Shown here: positions 12,047-25,297 of the stretch, piece by piece
Position numbering within the stretch: the first letter of the stretch is position 1
How the letters are laid out: every line of letters begins with the position of its first letter
Origin: Priapulus caudatus
Taxonomy: Eukaryota
Length of the DNA: 58,690 nt
Assembly: GCF_000485595.1 (NCBI RefSeq)
Contig: NW_014577091.1
Span: 673,988 to 732,677 of the forward strand
Direction: 5' to 3'
Notes under the pieces: generated by a model
Database searches by the model: none
What the model was told of the DNA's origin: nothing
Seen by the model: the letters and a program-made list of their open reading frames with translations, nothing else
Position numbers and translations under genes: made by a program

Positions 12047-13353
12047 GCAGAGGTGCGGAACAAGGAAGAGAAAGGCAGAAAGAGCGATACTGAGCGAGAG
12101 TGTGAGCGACAAAGAATCTTTTGCTATACAGCGTGGCATCTTACTATCAAGAGCGTATAAAGAAGGCCTACTTAATACGCTCTGGTTACTATAATTATAT
12201 TCCTCTGGCGTTCTCACACATACTTGAGATTTCCACCTGGAAACATGTACTTGACACCAAGCGGGAATCGATGCGAAGAAAACACGGGAGCAGCAGCACC
12301 AGCCGCAGCATGCAGCATCCAGATTTCTGTCAAAAATACTAAGGTAGTCCCCGCCCTCCCTGTTACGCCTCTTTCCTCCTTATGTCCTCCTTCTCCGCTT
12401 CCCCTCCCCCCTGCCTGCCGCCAATGGTCCCACCCTTCATCACCGTAACATAGAAAAGGTGCTGATGAAATCACACGTCGAGATGATCAGCAGCAGATTT
12501 TTAATTACGACACAGAGAGAGGCTGCGGCGATCGAGTTACGCCGCCAGGTGGCGCGCGCGACCGCCTCGCCGCCGCGGCCTGCCTCGCTGTGGCGGTGAC
12601 GTAATAACGCTCGCACGTGCGCGCCTCGCTCGTTCGCTGACAAGGTTTTCAAGTACTATTCACACTGATTGAGATTTATGTCGAGAGAACTCGATAGCAT
12701 TATGCGCAACACGCGTACATAACGAGCGAGTTCTGAAGGAGCAGGCGCGAGACGCCCGTACGTACGGCCGAGAAGTCGCGCACGATGGAATGACTATTAG
12801 AGGACGTTTGTGAGGGTGAACGAGGTAAATAGTCTGTATATAAATGTGTCGTATGTGTCGGAGTATATATGTGGGAGGGAGCGAGCGGTTTGGGCAGCGG
12901 CCGGGAGATCCCCATGCATGTATATATATATACGGCGCGTCTATAAAATGTAATCAAACTATCTTTGTCAGTACGTCACCCGTGTTCTACTTCTTCCCCT
13001 CAGTGTTTCCCTTCTGTTTATCACGACCTTGAAGAGATGGGCGATAGTAAGATGAGATAAAGAAGAAGAGGAGTAGAGGAGAAGGGTGAAAGTAAACGGG
13101 AGATATGAGAGTAGGGAAGATAAATAAAGGTAAGTGAGAGTAGAACAGAGAGCTGGAAGCAGAGGGGACATAAGAGAGGGGAGGGTAGATGAAATGTGTG
13201 AGGGTAAGAGGAGGCAGACGGGAGTAGAGAGGCTGACTGGAAGCAAAGAGGGCAGCTGATGATAGACGAGAATATAGCTGAACATAGAGAAAATGGCCGG
13301 GGAGTAAATTCACAAATGGATGTTGCCTGACGAAGCTTTATTAATATTAATAT

Positions 13354-13389
<36 letters not shown>

Positions 13390-14085
13390 ATGTTTATCGT
13401 GGCATATATTCTATGGCTCAGTGCCACCACTACATTCTACACCCCACCCTTCACCCTTTCACATTTTCCCACCCGTCAGTGTGTCCACCCTGGATATCCC
13501 CCGTTCTCTTGCATCCGATACCCCTTATACTTAGCTCCCATCCACCTAAGCAATAACCCACGTACAGACCCACCATAATCGCTTTCTTACACATACCACA
13601 TATCATCCCACCTACCTCATATCTCTTTCTTTCCTCACAAATCTCGCTCACTTTATCCCAGCCCACTCCAGCCTACCCAAGCCCACCTAAATTCTCGCAC
13701 ACTTGTCCCACCCCTCTCTCAATTCAACCCTTTCGCTTGCCTGCTCGTGCTTTAATTTTCTCGGTCCATCAGCGCCTTTGTTCGATTCTTCATTATCTCT
13801 CGCTCTCTATCATTCTCTCTCTCTCTCTGTCTCTCTCTCTCTTTCCCTTTCTCATGCGCACACAATCTCTGCGCAAGCGTCTCGAATCTATCGACAGTGC
13901 ACTGCAGTGCATTTCTGTCTCTCCTGCTGTTTAATTTTGCTGGGTGTTTTTTTGGTCTGGGAGACACGCGTCTGTATCCGCGGTCGCTTCCCGGCCTCTC
14001 CGTTGCTTCTTGAGCCAGCAGTGACTCTTGTGTCGGGAGACGAGACGGGCAACCCACACAGCAGACACCCGTGTCGTCGCGCGCA
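7072..14085. repeat. ~7-kb unit, copy 1 of a tandem duplication
   Basis: Begins gttataccgtacttgcaagtc and ends gtgtcgtcgcgcgc. The same order of sub-blocks repeats at 14086-22161. Confidence 0.9.
8085..8207. repeat. 21-bp minisatellite (gacattgacatcgttgtagtt)n; second copy at ~15103-15228
   Basis: About 5-6 tandem units are visible directly. Confidence 0.9.
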
Positions 14086-17000
14086 TGTTATACCGTACTT
14101 GCAAGTCATTTGCAACGACGTTGCATTATTGGTTAGCAATGGTTGCTAAGGTATATTCTAGCAATCTCTGTGACAGACCTCTATATTCTGTCAGTAACCT
14201 TTTATTATTTTTACAGCCGTTAGAAAGTTCTGAGTCCTGTTCATTACATATTCACTTGAGGGATTTTAAAGTAGTGAATATAGATGGAAAATGATATATA
14301 ATCACAGGAGTTAGTTCTGGATACTAGTATATAATTATATATACATAGTGGTATATATATGTAACTGTCGTATCAAGGAAATGAGACTATGGTAATATTT
14401 TGTGAAGTAAGAACAGATTAGCAATATTAATAATGGGGGAAAGTAATCTGGTTCGATTGCGCAAACTGCATAATGCTCATAATTAAATCAGGTAGACAAT
14501 CAGAGGTAGAGGATATAGTTATATAGGGTATAGTTAGTTATGTAGGATCGTTTTTGATTATGAAATGGGCAGAAAGTTACACGTCCTTTAATTATTAATC
14601 CGTTTATGTTTGATGTGCCCTACTAACAAATTTTATAAAATATAATCTATAGTGAAATGAGATACGGGTAGTGTAGATTTCAGAGCATATTTGTGTAGTT
14701 TACCAGTGCCATTACAAACCTTTATGTTGGGACTGGTAAACACTTGCAGCTTTAAACCAGATAGCTGGTTGGCCCGTAGATCTGCTAGTATGGCATGCAG
14801 TAGTCTTGCTCGTGTGCGTTTAGGGTGGAGTTTTCTAAATCTCACATGAGGCATGTAATCTTACCTTATTGAAGAACATGCGATCATTTATCACTCCAGA
14901 ATCGATAGTTAATACTGACTGTTGACGTTGTACTTGTGTCTACGTATCGTACATGCCAGCCAGTTCCCCAGCAGTGCAGTTTCAAATAACTAACCAAGCT
15001 ATGATTAAGCGGAAATGTGTATCGTATCGTGAAAGGTTCATCGGGATACGGATCGCCTCGTGACCTGCCCGTATCATCCCATCCCTAGTTATTAGTGTCG
15101 TAGTAGCTGACATTGACATCGTTGTAGCTGACATTGACATCGTTGTAGCTGACATTGACATCGTTGTAGTTGACATTGACATCGTTGTAGTTGACATTGA
15201 CATCGTTGTAGTTAGCGCCATTGACGTTACCATTGTTAGTTTTGTCGCGATTGTCTGTCGTTGTCATGGCTACTGCCATTGCCATCATCACAATACCTTT
15301 CATTGTCATTGTTATTGTCATGATCATCGTCCTCATAATAATATTATGATATTATATGATAATATTATATAATACTGTCATTTTCATAATCGTCGTTACT
15401 ATCACTTTCATTCTCTTAGTTACTGCTATTATTATTTTACTTATTGTTGCCGTTAACATTGTCATTATGATGTTACTGCTGTGGTCATTTTCTCGGTGAT
15501 TGTTGTTATATATCGTGCGTACTGCTAATTTCGTCTTCATCTGGTGAGTCTTTGACAGATTGTGTGACGTCTAGGTTGTCTGTATGAGTATCTTTCACAT
15601 CTGTCCTTTCACATGGGCTTTTGCTATGCAGACTTTATTTGAAATAACGAGTCGTAGTAAATATCGAATTAAATGTAGTAAATGTTTCGCTGTGATTTAG
15701 CGTTTTGTTAACAATTTCGTTGGCGCTTTTGACCAATTATAGCACGTTTATATTTTGCTTTTTTAGGTGTGTGTATTTTTATTTCACGTGTACGCTGGAA
15801 TTTCAGTCGTGCCTGTGCGAATTCGTGCACTTATTTCGTCTCATGCATCCATGCACGATTTTCCCCGTGTGGGTGTATTTCGTGGCTGCGATTTCACAAT
15901 CCTTTACCAACAATCGTTCTCATGTTCCTCACAAATTGCTCAAACGTTTCTAGTATCACTTCGAGTACGACACGGTTACTCGAGTTCCTTTCTATAGTGT
16001 GTATACTGAATAGTGTATGTTAAGTCTCAGGAGGCGAGTGAGCGGTCAGCGCTGGTTGACTCGCCCTACATTCGTCATGTTCTACCTACCTACCTATGAT
16101 CTGTGCCTTCATATCAAGTTTTGTACTAGTTAATAGAATGCCTTGTGAAGCGTTGTAATGAACGATAACGTTATCGATACCTCTTTCGCTCAGACTTTGA
16201 TACTAAATGAATTTTAATACCCGCAGATTGCCTGATCTACATTGACTGTTGTGATGAAATATAGAATCGGCTGTACGTAAGTCGTTGAAATAAATTCTAC
16301 CGTCGGTGTCTTGAGAATGTCCTGAGTTCTCTATATTCTTGTTGTGTACTTGTGTGTTGTAGAGGAGCATTTGAACGGCATTTACAGGAGATTGTCGGCA
16401 ATAATAGGCGAAAGAGAAACATTAAGACTTTGGTAGTAAACACACTTCTTGTTTATTTACCATCATTTTACTATAGAAACTTTCCAAGTGCCCGTGGATG
16501 TGGGCAGTAGTGGGCTGTCACGTGTACAGAGTCGTATGAAGAGTGATGTTAAGGAGTGGTGTGCATGTTCAAGTCGCACGGCGCATTTGTTGGCAGTGGC
16601 CTGCAGATAAGCGATCATGCGCCAGGGGTGGCCAGTATTGTGAGTCGTGAGGGGGGTAGTGCACAAAAGGGGGAGAGTCGTGGTGGAGTTTGGCTTCCAA
16701 TCGACCAGCCACCATCCGTTAGTCCCCCACGCGCGTCATCCTCGGCACAAATCCGTTAATCGGCTGCCACGGAAGCTGCTCTATTGTTTGCAAACCGTAT
16801 CGCCTGTCTATCACTAGAACCACGCTCTCTCACGGGCTATCCGTTAAGAGCCCGGCCTATTCTATTTGTTTACCCACGGCATAAAGCGTTCGCCGTTTTA
16901 TCCCGTGTCGAGTGCAATCAGCATGTAGACTCGGCGCTACCGACGCGACGCCTGGTGTCGTGAAGTGTTTAAATAGCTTTGAAGTATTCGCCATATTCGC

Positions 17001-17359
17001 ATTCTAAGCGTGTGATCGTAACGCCCGCGGGCGAGCCCGCTTTCTGCTGGCGCGCTTAGAAGCGCTTAGATTCGCCTCTCTGTGCGATTTTCGCGACGAG
17101 GTTTTGTTCGAAATTGAAAATCGACATGTGAGAGGAAGGAGAATCTGAATGGCGGTAATCAGCGAAGCGTTATATTGGCGTAGAGCCGTGACTGAGTGAC
17201 GTACGCTTAACGCTGTTTACCTGTAATGTACTGTTCATTGACTTCATGCTTAGTACATACCTATAGGGAAATATCTCCCCATAGAACGCCGTTGTTCGCC
17301 TGAGAGTAGCACTTACCCAGAGAATGTTGTCTACCTATATATGTATGTATATATATCTA

Positions 17360-17402
<43 letters not shown>

Positions 17403-20400
17403 TATATATGTTCGAAATAGTGTTTAACTCCCAATAGAAAAACAAAATGGCGCTGTTTAGTCTCATCATGCGCGCTCAATATAGTGTCAGCACGCGATTT
17501 TAAATGCAATAAAATATTCGATCGCATACTTTATCGATCGTTCATTTTAATGTGGGCCAAATTTCCTTGGTCATCTGCAACCTTTTAGTTTTTCATATAC
17601 GTTCACGCCTATCCTCACAGTCCCAGCCCAAAACACTCCTGCACAAGCAACTCTTCTCGCAATCACTGCCGATCACCTTGCATCCCGGCCCTTACGGCAC
17701 CACAGCGCACGTTTACACCACACCAGCCCGCCGCTTAACACCGCCACGCCGCATCTCACCACTAGCAACCAGCACCACCGCACCACGCCGCCACCACCAG
17801 CCACACCACTACCACCACCACCACCACCACACACCAGCCACACACCGCCACCACACCACACCACCATCCGCCGCCAGCCACCCACGTTGTTAGCCCCGGC
17901 ACACCACTAGCCACCACCGACGAAGGCCATTCGCCCAAATTCGTCGAACTTCTCATGATGGAACACGCGCGGGGACGGCCGCCGAACTCAGGAGGACACG
18001 CTGGGTCGGACAGCAGCTTATACACGTATATATGGGGCATAACGCGGCGCATGCGCGCGAGCTAGAGCGGAATGGGCGGGCGGTGGACGGTCAGCACTTA
18101 CGTCTGGCGCCGTGTTTGGCTGCGGTGAATCGTAGAATATAGCTGATGATTTCCGCGGTACCAAATCGTAATTAGGAACGCCGCAATGCTCGCGCGTATT
18201 GCTGGCAAAGAGCTGCGGCAGGCGGTAATCGCATCAGCCCGCGGCATGTCAGGTGTGTCACGCCGCGACCCGTGGCGGCCGGCACACGTCCCAGCCCCGC
18301 GATCGTGACAGGATGAGGGTGTGTGGGTGTGAAGTGGTGGTTGTGGTGAGTGTGGAGGGGAGGGTGAGGGGGTATGGGTTGAGTGGTGAGGTGAAGGGTG
18401 GAGGGGAGGTGAGGGTGTATGGGCTAAGGTGTGTGCGTGGTGGGTGAGGTGGTGGACGGGTGACAGGTGTGTGATGAGCTGTGAGGTGAGGTGTGTGGGT
18501 GAGGCGGTGAGGGTTGATGGGGGGTAACGGTGCAGTGTGTGGTTAGGGTGTCGTGGTGGGGTAACGGTGAGTGTGGCGTGGTGACGGGGTGAGTGTGTGG
18601 GTGAGGGGTTAGGGCTGTGGGTGAGGGGTAACGGGGTGAGGTGTGTGGGGTGAAAGTGTGTGGGGTGAGTGTGGTGGTGTGTGGGTGAGGTAAAGGTGAG
18701 GGTGTGGATGAGTGTGTGGGTTAGGGGTGTGGGTGAAGGGGTGTGTGGGTGAGGGTCAACGGTGAGGGTGTGTGAGTGATGGTGAGGCGTGTGTGGTGAG
18801 GTGCGAGGGTGAGGGCTTGAGGGTGCGGGTGAGGGTGTGGGTGAGGGTGCAGGGTGTGGGTGAGGTGGTGGGTGGGTGTGTGGTGAGGGTGGTGGGTGGA
18901 TATTAAGGTGGGTGTGTGGTGAGGGTGGTGGGTGTGGGTGTGAGTGAGAGTGTGTGGTGAGGTGTAACGGTGAGGGTGATGGGTCGGGTGTGGGTGTGGG
19001 TGTGAGTGAGAGTGTGTAGGTGAGGTTAACGGTGAGGGTGTGGGTGAGGGTGACGGTGACAGTGAGGGTGTGTGGATGATGGTGACGGTTAATGTGAGGG
19101 TGTGTGGATGATGGTGACGGTGACTGGTGAGGGTGTGTGGATGATGGTGAGCGGTAGTACTGGTGAGGGGGTTGTGCTGGATGATGGTGACGGTTCCTGT
19201 GAAGGGTGTGTGGATTGATGGTGACGGTTACTGTGAGGGTGTGTGGATGAATGGTGACGGTTAATGTGAGGGTGTGTCGGATGATGCGTGCCGGTAATGT
19301 GAGGGTGTGTGGATGATGGTGACGGTTACTGTGAGGGTGTGTGGATGATGGTGACGGTTACTGTGAGGGTGTGTGGATGATGGTGACGGTTACTGTGAGG
19401 GTGTGTGGATGATGGTGACAGGTGACTGTGAGGGTTGTGGCTGATGGTGACGGTTAGCTGTGAGGGTGTGTGATGAATGGTCGGACGGTTTACTGTGAGG
19501 CCGTGTTGGATGATGGTGAGGGTGAGGGTGTGGGTGAGTGGTGTAGGTGAGGTGACCGTCGAGGGTGAGCAGTGGAGGGTGACGGTGAGGGTGTGTGGGT
19601 GAGGGTAAAGGTGACGGTGTGGGTGAGGGTGTGTGGGTGAGGGTAAAGGTGACGGTGTGGGTGTGGGTGTGGTTAGGGTGTGTGGGGTGACCGTGAGTGT
19701 GTTTGCTTAGGTGTGGTGTTGGGTGTGGTTAGGCGTGGTGTGGGTGACCGTGAGTGTGTGCCTTAGGTGTCGGGTGTGGAGTAACGAGCGTGTGTGTGTG
19801 CTGTGTGTGTGTGTGTTGTGTGGTGTGTGTGTGCGTGTGTCTGTGTGTGAGTGGCGTGTGTGGTGTGTGCGTGTGTGTGTGTGTGTGTGGTGTGTGTGTG
19901 TGAGTGCGTGTGTGTGTGATGCGCGCCGCTGTGTGTGTTGTGTGGTGTGTGTGTGTGGTCGTGTGTGTGTGTCTGTGTGTGTTGTGTGTGTGTGTGTGTG
20001 TGTGTGTGTGATGGCAGAGGTGCGGCAACAAGGAGAGAAAGGCAGAAAGAGCGATACTGAGAGAGTGTGAGCGACAAAACGAATGCTTTTTGCTATACAG
20101 CGTGGCATTTACTATCAAGAGCGTATAAAAGAAGGGCCTACTTAATAGCGCTGCTGGTTTACTATAATTATATTCCTCTGGCGTTCTCACACATACTTGA
20201 GATTTCCACCTGGTAAACTGTACTTGACACGCAAGGCGGGAATCGATGGCGAAGAAATCACTGGGCAGGGAGCAGCACGCAGCGCAGCATGCAACATCCA
20301 GATTTCTGTCAAAAATACTAAGGTAGTCCGCGCCCTCCCTGTTAGCGCTCTTTCCTCTTATTCCTCTTTCTCACCTCCGTTCCCCTCGCCCGTCTTGCCT

Positions 20401-22161
20401 GCCGCCAATGCGTCGCCACCCTTATCACCGGTCAAACATAGTAAAGGTGCTGATGAATCACAGTCGCAGATGATCAGCAGCAGATTTTTAATTACGAGCA
20501 CAGAGAGAGCCTGCGGCGATCGAGTTACGCCGCCAGGTGGCGCGCGGCGGACGCCTCGTGCCCCGGCCTGCCTCGCTGTGGCGCGTGACGTAATAACCGC
20601 TGCGCGACGTGCGCGCCTCGCGTCGCTCGCTGACGAAGGTTCTTCAAGTACTATTCACACTGATTGAGATTTATGTCGAGAAGAACTTCGATAGCATTAT
20701 GTCGCACAACGGCGTACTAACGAGGCCGAGTTCTGGAAGGAGCCAGGCGGCGAGACGCCCGTACGGTAGCGCGCCGAGAAGTCGCGCACGGATGGAATGA
20801 CTATTAGAGGACGTTTGTTGAGGGTGAACGAGGTAAGTAGTCCTGTATATAAATGTGTCGTATGTGTTCGGAGACATATGTGGGAAGGAGCGAGCGGTTT
20901 GGGGCAGCGGGCCGGGAGATCCCCATGCATGTATATAATATACGCGCGGTCTATTAAAATGCTCAATCAAACTATCTTTGTCAGTACGTCACGCGTAGTT
21001 CTGACTTCTTGCGCGCTCCGTGTTTCCTCTTGCTGTTTATCACGGACCTTGAAGAGATGGGCGATAGGTCAGATGAGATTAAAGAAGAAGAGGAAGAAGT
21101 AGGAGAAGGGTGAAAGTAAACGGAGATATGAGAGGTAGGGAAGATAAATAAGGTAAGTGAGAGTAGCACGAGAGGCTGGAAAGCAGAGGGGACATAAGAG
21201 AGGGAAGGGTAGATGAAATGTTGTGAAGGTAGAGAGGCAGAACGGGAGTTACGAGAGGCTGACCTGGAGCAAAGGAGGGCAGCTGATGATGAGCCGAGAA
21301 TCTAGCTGACATTATGAGAAAATTGGCCGGGGAGTAATTCACAAAGGATGTTGCCTGGATCGAAGCTTTATTAATATTATATTAATAATATCAAATAATA
21401 ATAATATTAGTTATTGATAATATGTTTTTTATCCGGTGGGATACTATTCTAGTGGCTCAGTGCACTACGTACATTCTACACCCACCCTTCACCTTTTCAA
21501 GCATTTTCCCACTGCCGTCAGTGTGTCACCTGGATATGCCCCCACAGTTCTCTGCATCGCGATACCCCTTAATACTTAGCTCCATCCCCTAAAAGCAATA
21601 ACCCAGCGTAACCAGACCCCCCTCATCGCTTTGCTTCCACATACGCACAGTATCATCGCACCGTACCATCATATGCTCTTTCTTTCCTCACAAATCGCTC
21701 GCTGCACGTTTCTATCCGAGCGCCACTCCAGCGCTACCAAGCCACCTAAATTCTTCGCGCACACTTGTCGCACGCCTCCTCAATTCATACACTTGTCGCT
21801 TGCTGCTGCGTGCTTTATTTTTCGGTCCATCAGCGGCCTTTGTTGCGATTCACTTCATATATCTCTTCCTCTCTAATTCATTCTCGCTCTCATCTCTCTG
21901 TCTCTCTCTGCTCTTTCCTTCTCATGCGCACACAATCTCTGCGCACGCGTCTCGATCTATTGAGAGTGCACTGCGTGATTGTCATGTCTGCTCTGCTGGT
22001 TTAATTTTGCTGGCTGTTTTTTTGGGTCTGGAGACACGCGTCTGTATCCGCGGTCGCTTCCGCGCTCTCCCGTTGCTTCTTGAGCGCAGCAGTGACTCTT
22101 GTGTCGGGAGACGCGACGGGCAACCCAGCACAGCAGGACACACGTGCTATCGTCGCGGCGC
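14086..22161. repeat. Copy 2 of the ~7-kb unit; clean to ~17400, rich in indel errors afterwards
   Basis: Colinear with 7072-14085. The first part differs by substitutions and a small indel; after ~17400 there are many 1-nt insertions. Confidence 0.9.
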
Positions 22162-22326
22162 TCTTCTCCTCTCTCTCGTCTCCTCTCCGCTCGTCTTCTT
22201 CCGCTTCTCTCGGTTGTGGCTCTCTGCTCACTTCTCTTCTTGCTCGTTGTGCGCTCTCTTTCACTGTCTCTCTCTCTCTCTTGTCTCTCTTTCACACCAC
22301 CGGTCTCGTCACGTCTTTGTCTGCTC

Positions 22327-22357
<31 letters not shown>

Positions 22358-22760
22358 GCCGTCTGCGCTCTTCTCTCTCTCGTGGCTGATTTTCTCTGTC
22401 AGCCTTCTCTCTCTCTCTGCTTGCCTCTCTCTGTGTCTCCCTCTTTCACTTTCTCTCTCTCTCTCTTTGCCTCTCTTTCTGCCTGTCTGTCTCTCTGTGT
22501 CTCGGTTACTCTCTCCTTCGCGCTCTTTTTCTCTGTGTGTATGTGTGTGCGTGCGTGTGTGTGTGTGTGCGTGCGTGCGTGCGTGTGTGTATCTGTTTGT
22601 CTGTCTCTTTCTTTCTCTCTCTTTCTTTCGCTCTCTCTCTCTATCGCTCTGTGTCTCTCCTTTCTCACTCTCTCACCTTGTCTCTCTCTCTCTCGCGCGC
22701 GCTCCCTTCCCTCCTCGCTCCTTCTCCCCTCGCCCTCTCTCCTTCTCCCTTTCGCTCCGG
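22162..22760. repeat. Degenerate (CT)n/(TG)n microsatellite
   Basis: Low-complexity pyrimidine-rich tract. Confidence 0.85.
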
Positions 22761-23149
22761 TCGTCTGTTGCGCATACTTATGTTGCTTAATGGCGAATCT
22801 CTGTCGTTCACCTTTGTTCACGCGAACATGTTTATTCATCGAACGTCACTCGGCGAGCGCTATATTGACTCTGGTCAAAGCTTTTATTCACTAGAAATCG
22901 CCGCCAGTCTTTTATATGGTGATTTAAACGTGATATTGTGACGCGAGAGACGGAGAGGGGGCGAGAAAGAGAGCAATAGCAAGGAAGCAAGAGATAGATA
23001 CAGACAGTCAGTCAGACATACAAACAGGCAGGCAGAGAGAGAGAGAGAGAGATACAGACAGCCAGACAGACACACAGACTTACAGAAAATGGAGAAAAGA
23101 CAGGAAGAAGGGAGAGAGAGGTGAGTGAGGCATAGAAGGAGAGAGCGGA

Positions 23150-23291
23150 AGAAAGAGATAGAGAGATAGATAGATCGAAAGATAGATAGATAGAAAAATA
23201 TATATATGTATGTGTAGATAGATAGATAGATAGATAGATAGGTAGATAGATAGATAAATAAATAGATAAATAGATAAATAAATAGATAAAG

Positions 23292-23342
<51 letters not shown>

Positions 23343-23421
23343 GAGATAGAGAGATAGAGAGATAGAGAGATAGAGAGATAGATAGAGAGATAGAGAGATA
23401 GATAGATAGATAGATAGATAT

Positions 23422-23472
<51 letters not shown>

Positions 23473-23572
23473 TATAGATAGATAGATAGATAGACAGGCA
23501 GATAGATAGATGATAGATAGATAGTAGATAGACTATGATAGATAGCATAGATAGATAGTTAGATAGCATAGC

Positions 23573-23639
<67 letters not shown>

Positions 23640-23640
23640 C
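23150..23640. repeat. (GATA)n/(GAGA)n tetranucleotide microsatellite
   Basis: Long gata arrays are visible directly. Confidence 0.95.
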
Positions 23641-25259
23641 ACACGCGCGCGCGCGGAGAGAGAGAGAGAGTAAGAGACATAGCTTAATAAAGCAAGAGGT
23701 GGAGAGAGACGTGACAGGAGAGAGAGTTTGTAAGTCAACGCACAGGCGCCCTGGCGCAAGTGCTTCCTGACACAGCGCTTGAATGTTTGTCAGGCGGAGA
23801 GCGAGAACAAGAGCTTCGTATGAAGCGCTGCTGGTGCCACCGCAGTCAGCTCTCACAACGCGCACTTACAATACTCGACTGGGGAGGCAGGGGTGTTGCG
23901 TAGTGAAGAGATGGGGTTGGGTGCAAAGAAGGTAAAGGGTTGTGCGAATATTAAGGTGATGTAGTTAGGTGTAAAGAAGTGCGTGGGTAGTGACGGCGTG
24001 GACGAATAGAGTATAAGTGAATGGGCGCTCGGGAATGAATGGTACAGATTTTTTTATAGTGATAGTTATACAAAAAATGTTCAAGATTATAGCAAACTAA
24101 GTATTTAATGTACTTGTAAAAATGTTATTTGAATAAAATGTTTGAAGGTAAAACCATGTGCCCAAAATAGTTCAATAAAAATGATCAGTAATTAAGGTAA
24201 AAGTACAAAGTAGTATAGCATGCCTGGGCCATGATAATATTCGTTCGGTAGAAAACTGGATGGAGATTGGGTGTTTTACTGGTACAGAGGGAACAACGAA
24301 ATAGAGAAAGAGCGAGTCTTGTCGTGTTAGCAATTTTATCAAGATGTTTAAAAATGTATGCGCATTTTCACAAGTAGACCATTCCACTGGTCGCATCTAT
24401 GAGGTATCTGCATCCTCACATTACAATGGCAATAATGATATTACTAAATATAACCTTGGAGACGTGGGTAGCATCTAAGCTCACATATTACAGCGTCCAT
24501 AGTTATAGGTATTGGCTTGGGTAAAGTAGGACTATATGCGTATGTAAATTACTTTTAATAACCACTTTAATAACGCGCCAATTTCAATAACACCATAAAA
24601 GAGCGCATAAATAATGAAAATCGTGATTGTGATATGGCGGTGGAAATTCCTGATCTGAGAAATGCCGAGATGAGCTGATGTGATGTAGCTGCTAGCACGC
24701 ATGCTCGTGTGCGCTCTTTACAGCTCTTTACAGGGTCTCAGCAGAGTAAAAGCGAATCATGAGAGGAACTTCTATTATGGATGTAATTTATATTTAAAAA
24801 AATCTTAGATGTATTAAAATATAACTTTTATACATTAGCCTATGTAGATGAAGACAGTCTATCTGAGTTTCGGGGACTCGCTATGTAGAACAACGGCTGG
24901 TGAGACGACATCCGCTTCCTGCTTTCTACCCCCTCCTATCTCATTTTCCCCATCCATTTTCCTTCCATTTCCATTCTTTTCATTCCTAGTTTCTTACTTT
25001 CTCCTTTTTACCTACGTTACCTCCCCTCCCCCAAGCCTCGCTACTTGTTCCTTCCCCTTGTCCCTTCTCTATCTCCTCCACTCCCATTCTCTCTCCTTCC
25101 CACTGCCTAGTCCTATATGGGGTGCACGCACCCGATCGTCATTGCCCCCTAATGTATTTGCACAGTGTGTATTCTTCACCCCTCCCTTTCTCACACATTC
25201 TCATCAATTCGTTCCGCTTAGCCCCTCTTTATCTTCCCGACCCGGTGCCTCGTTCTACC

Positions 25260-25297
25260 TAGGGTCCCCATATACAGATCTGTATATAGGGACCCTA
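25260..25297. mobile_element. 38-bp palindromic mini-element with hAT-like TAGGG ends and an 8-bp TSD
   Basis: tagggtccccatatacagatctgtatatagggacccta is self-complementary at 18 of 19 pairs. It is flanked by identical gttctacc at 25252-25259 and 25298-25305. Confidence 0.7.
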
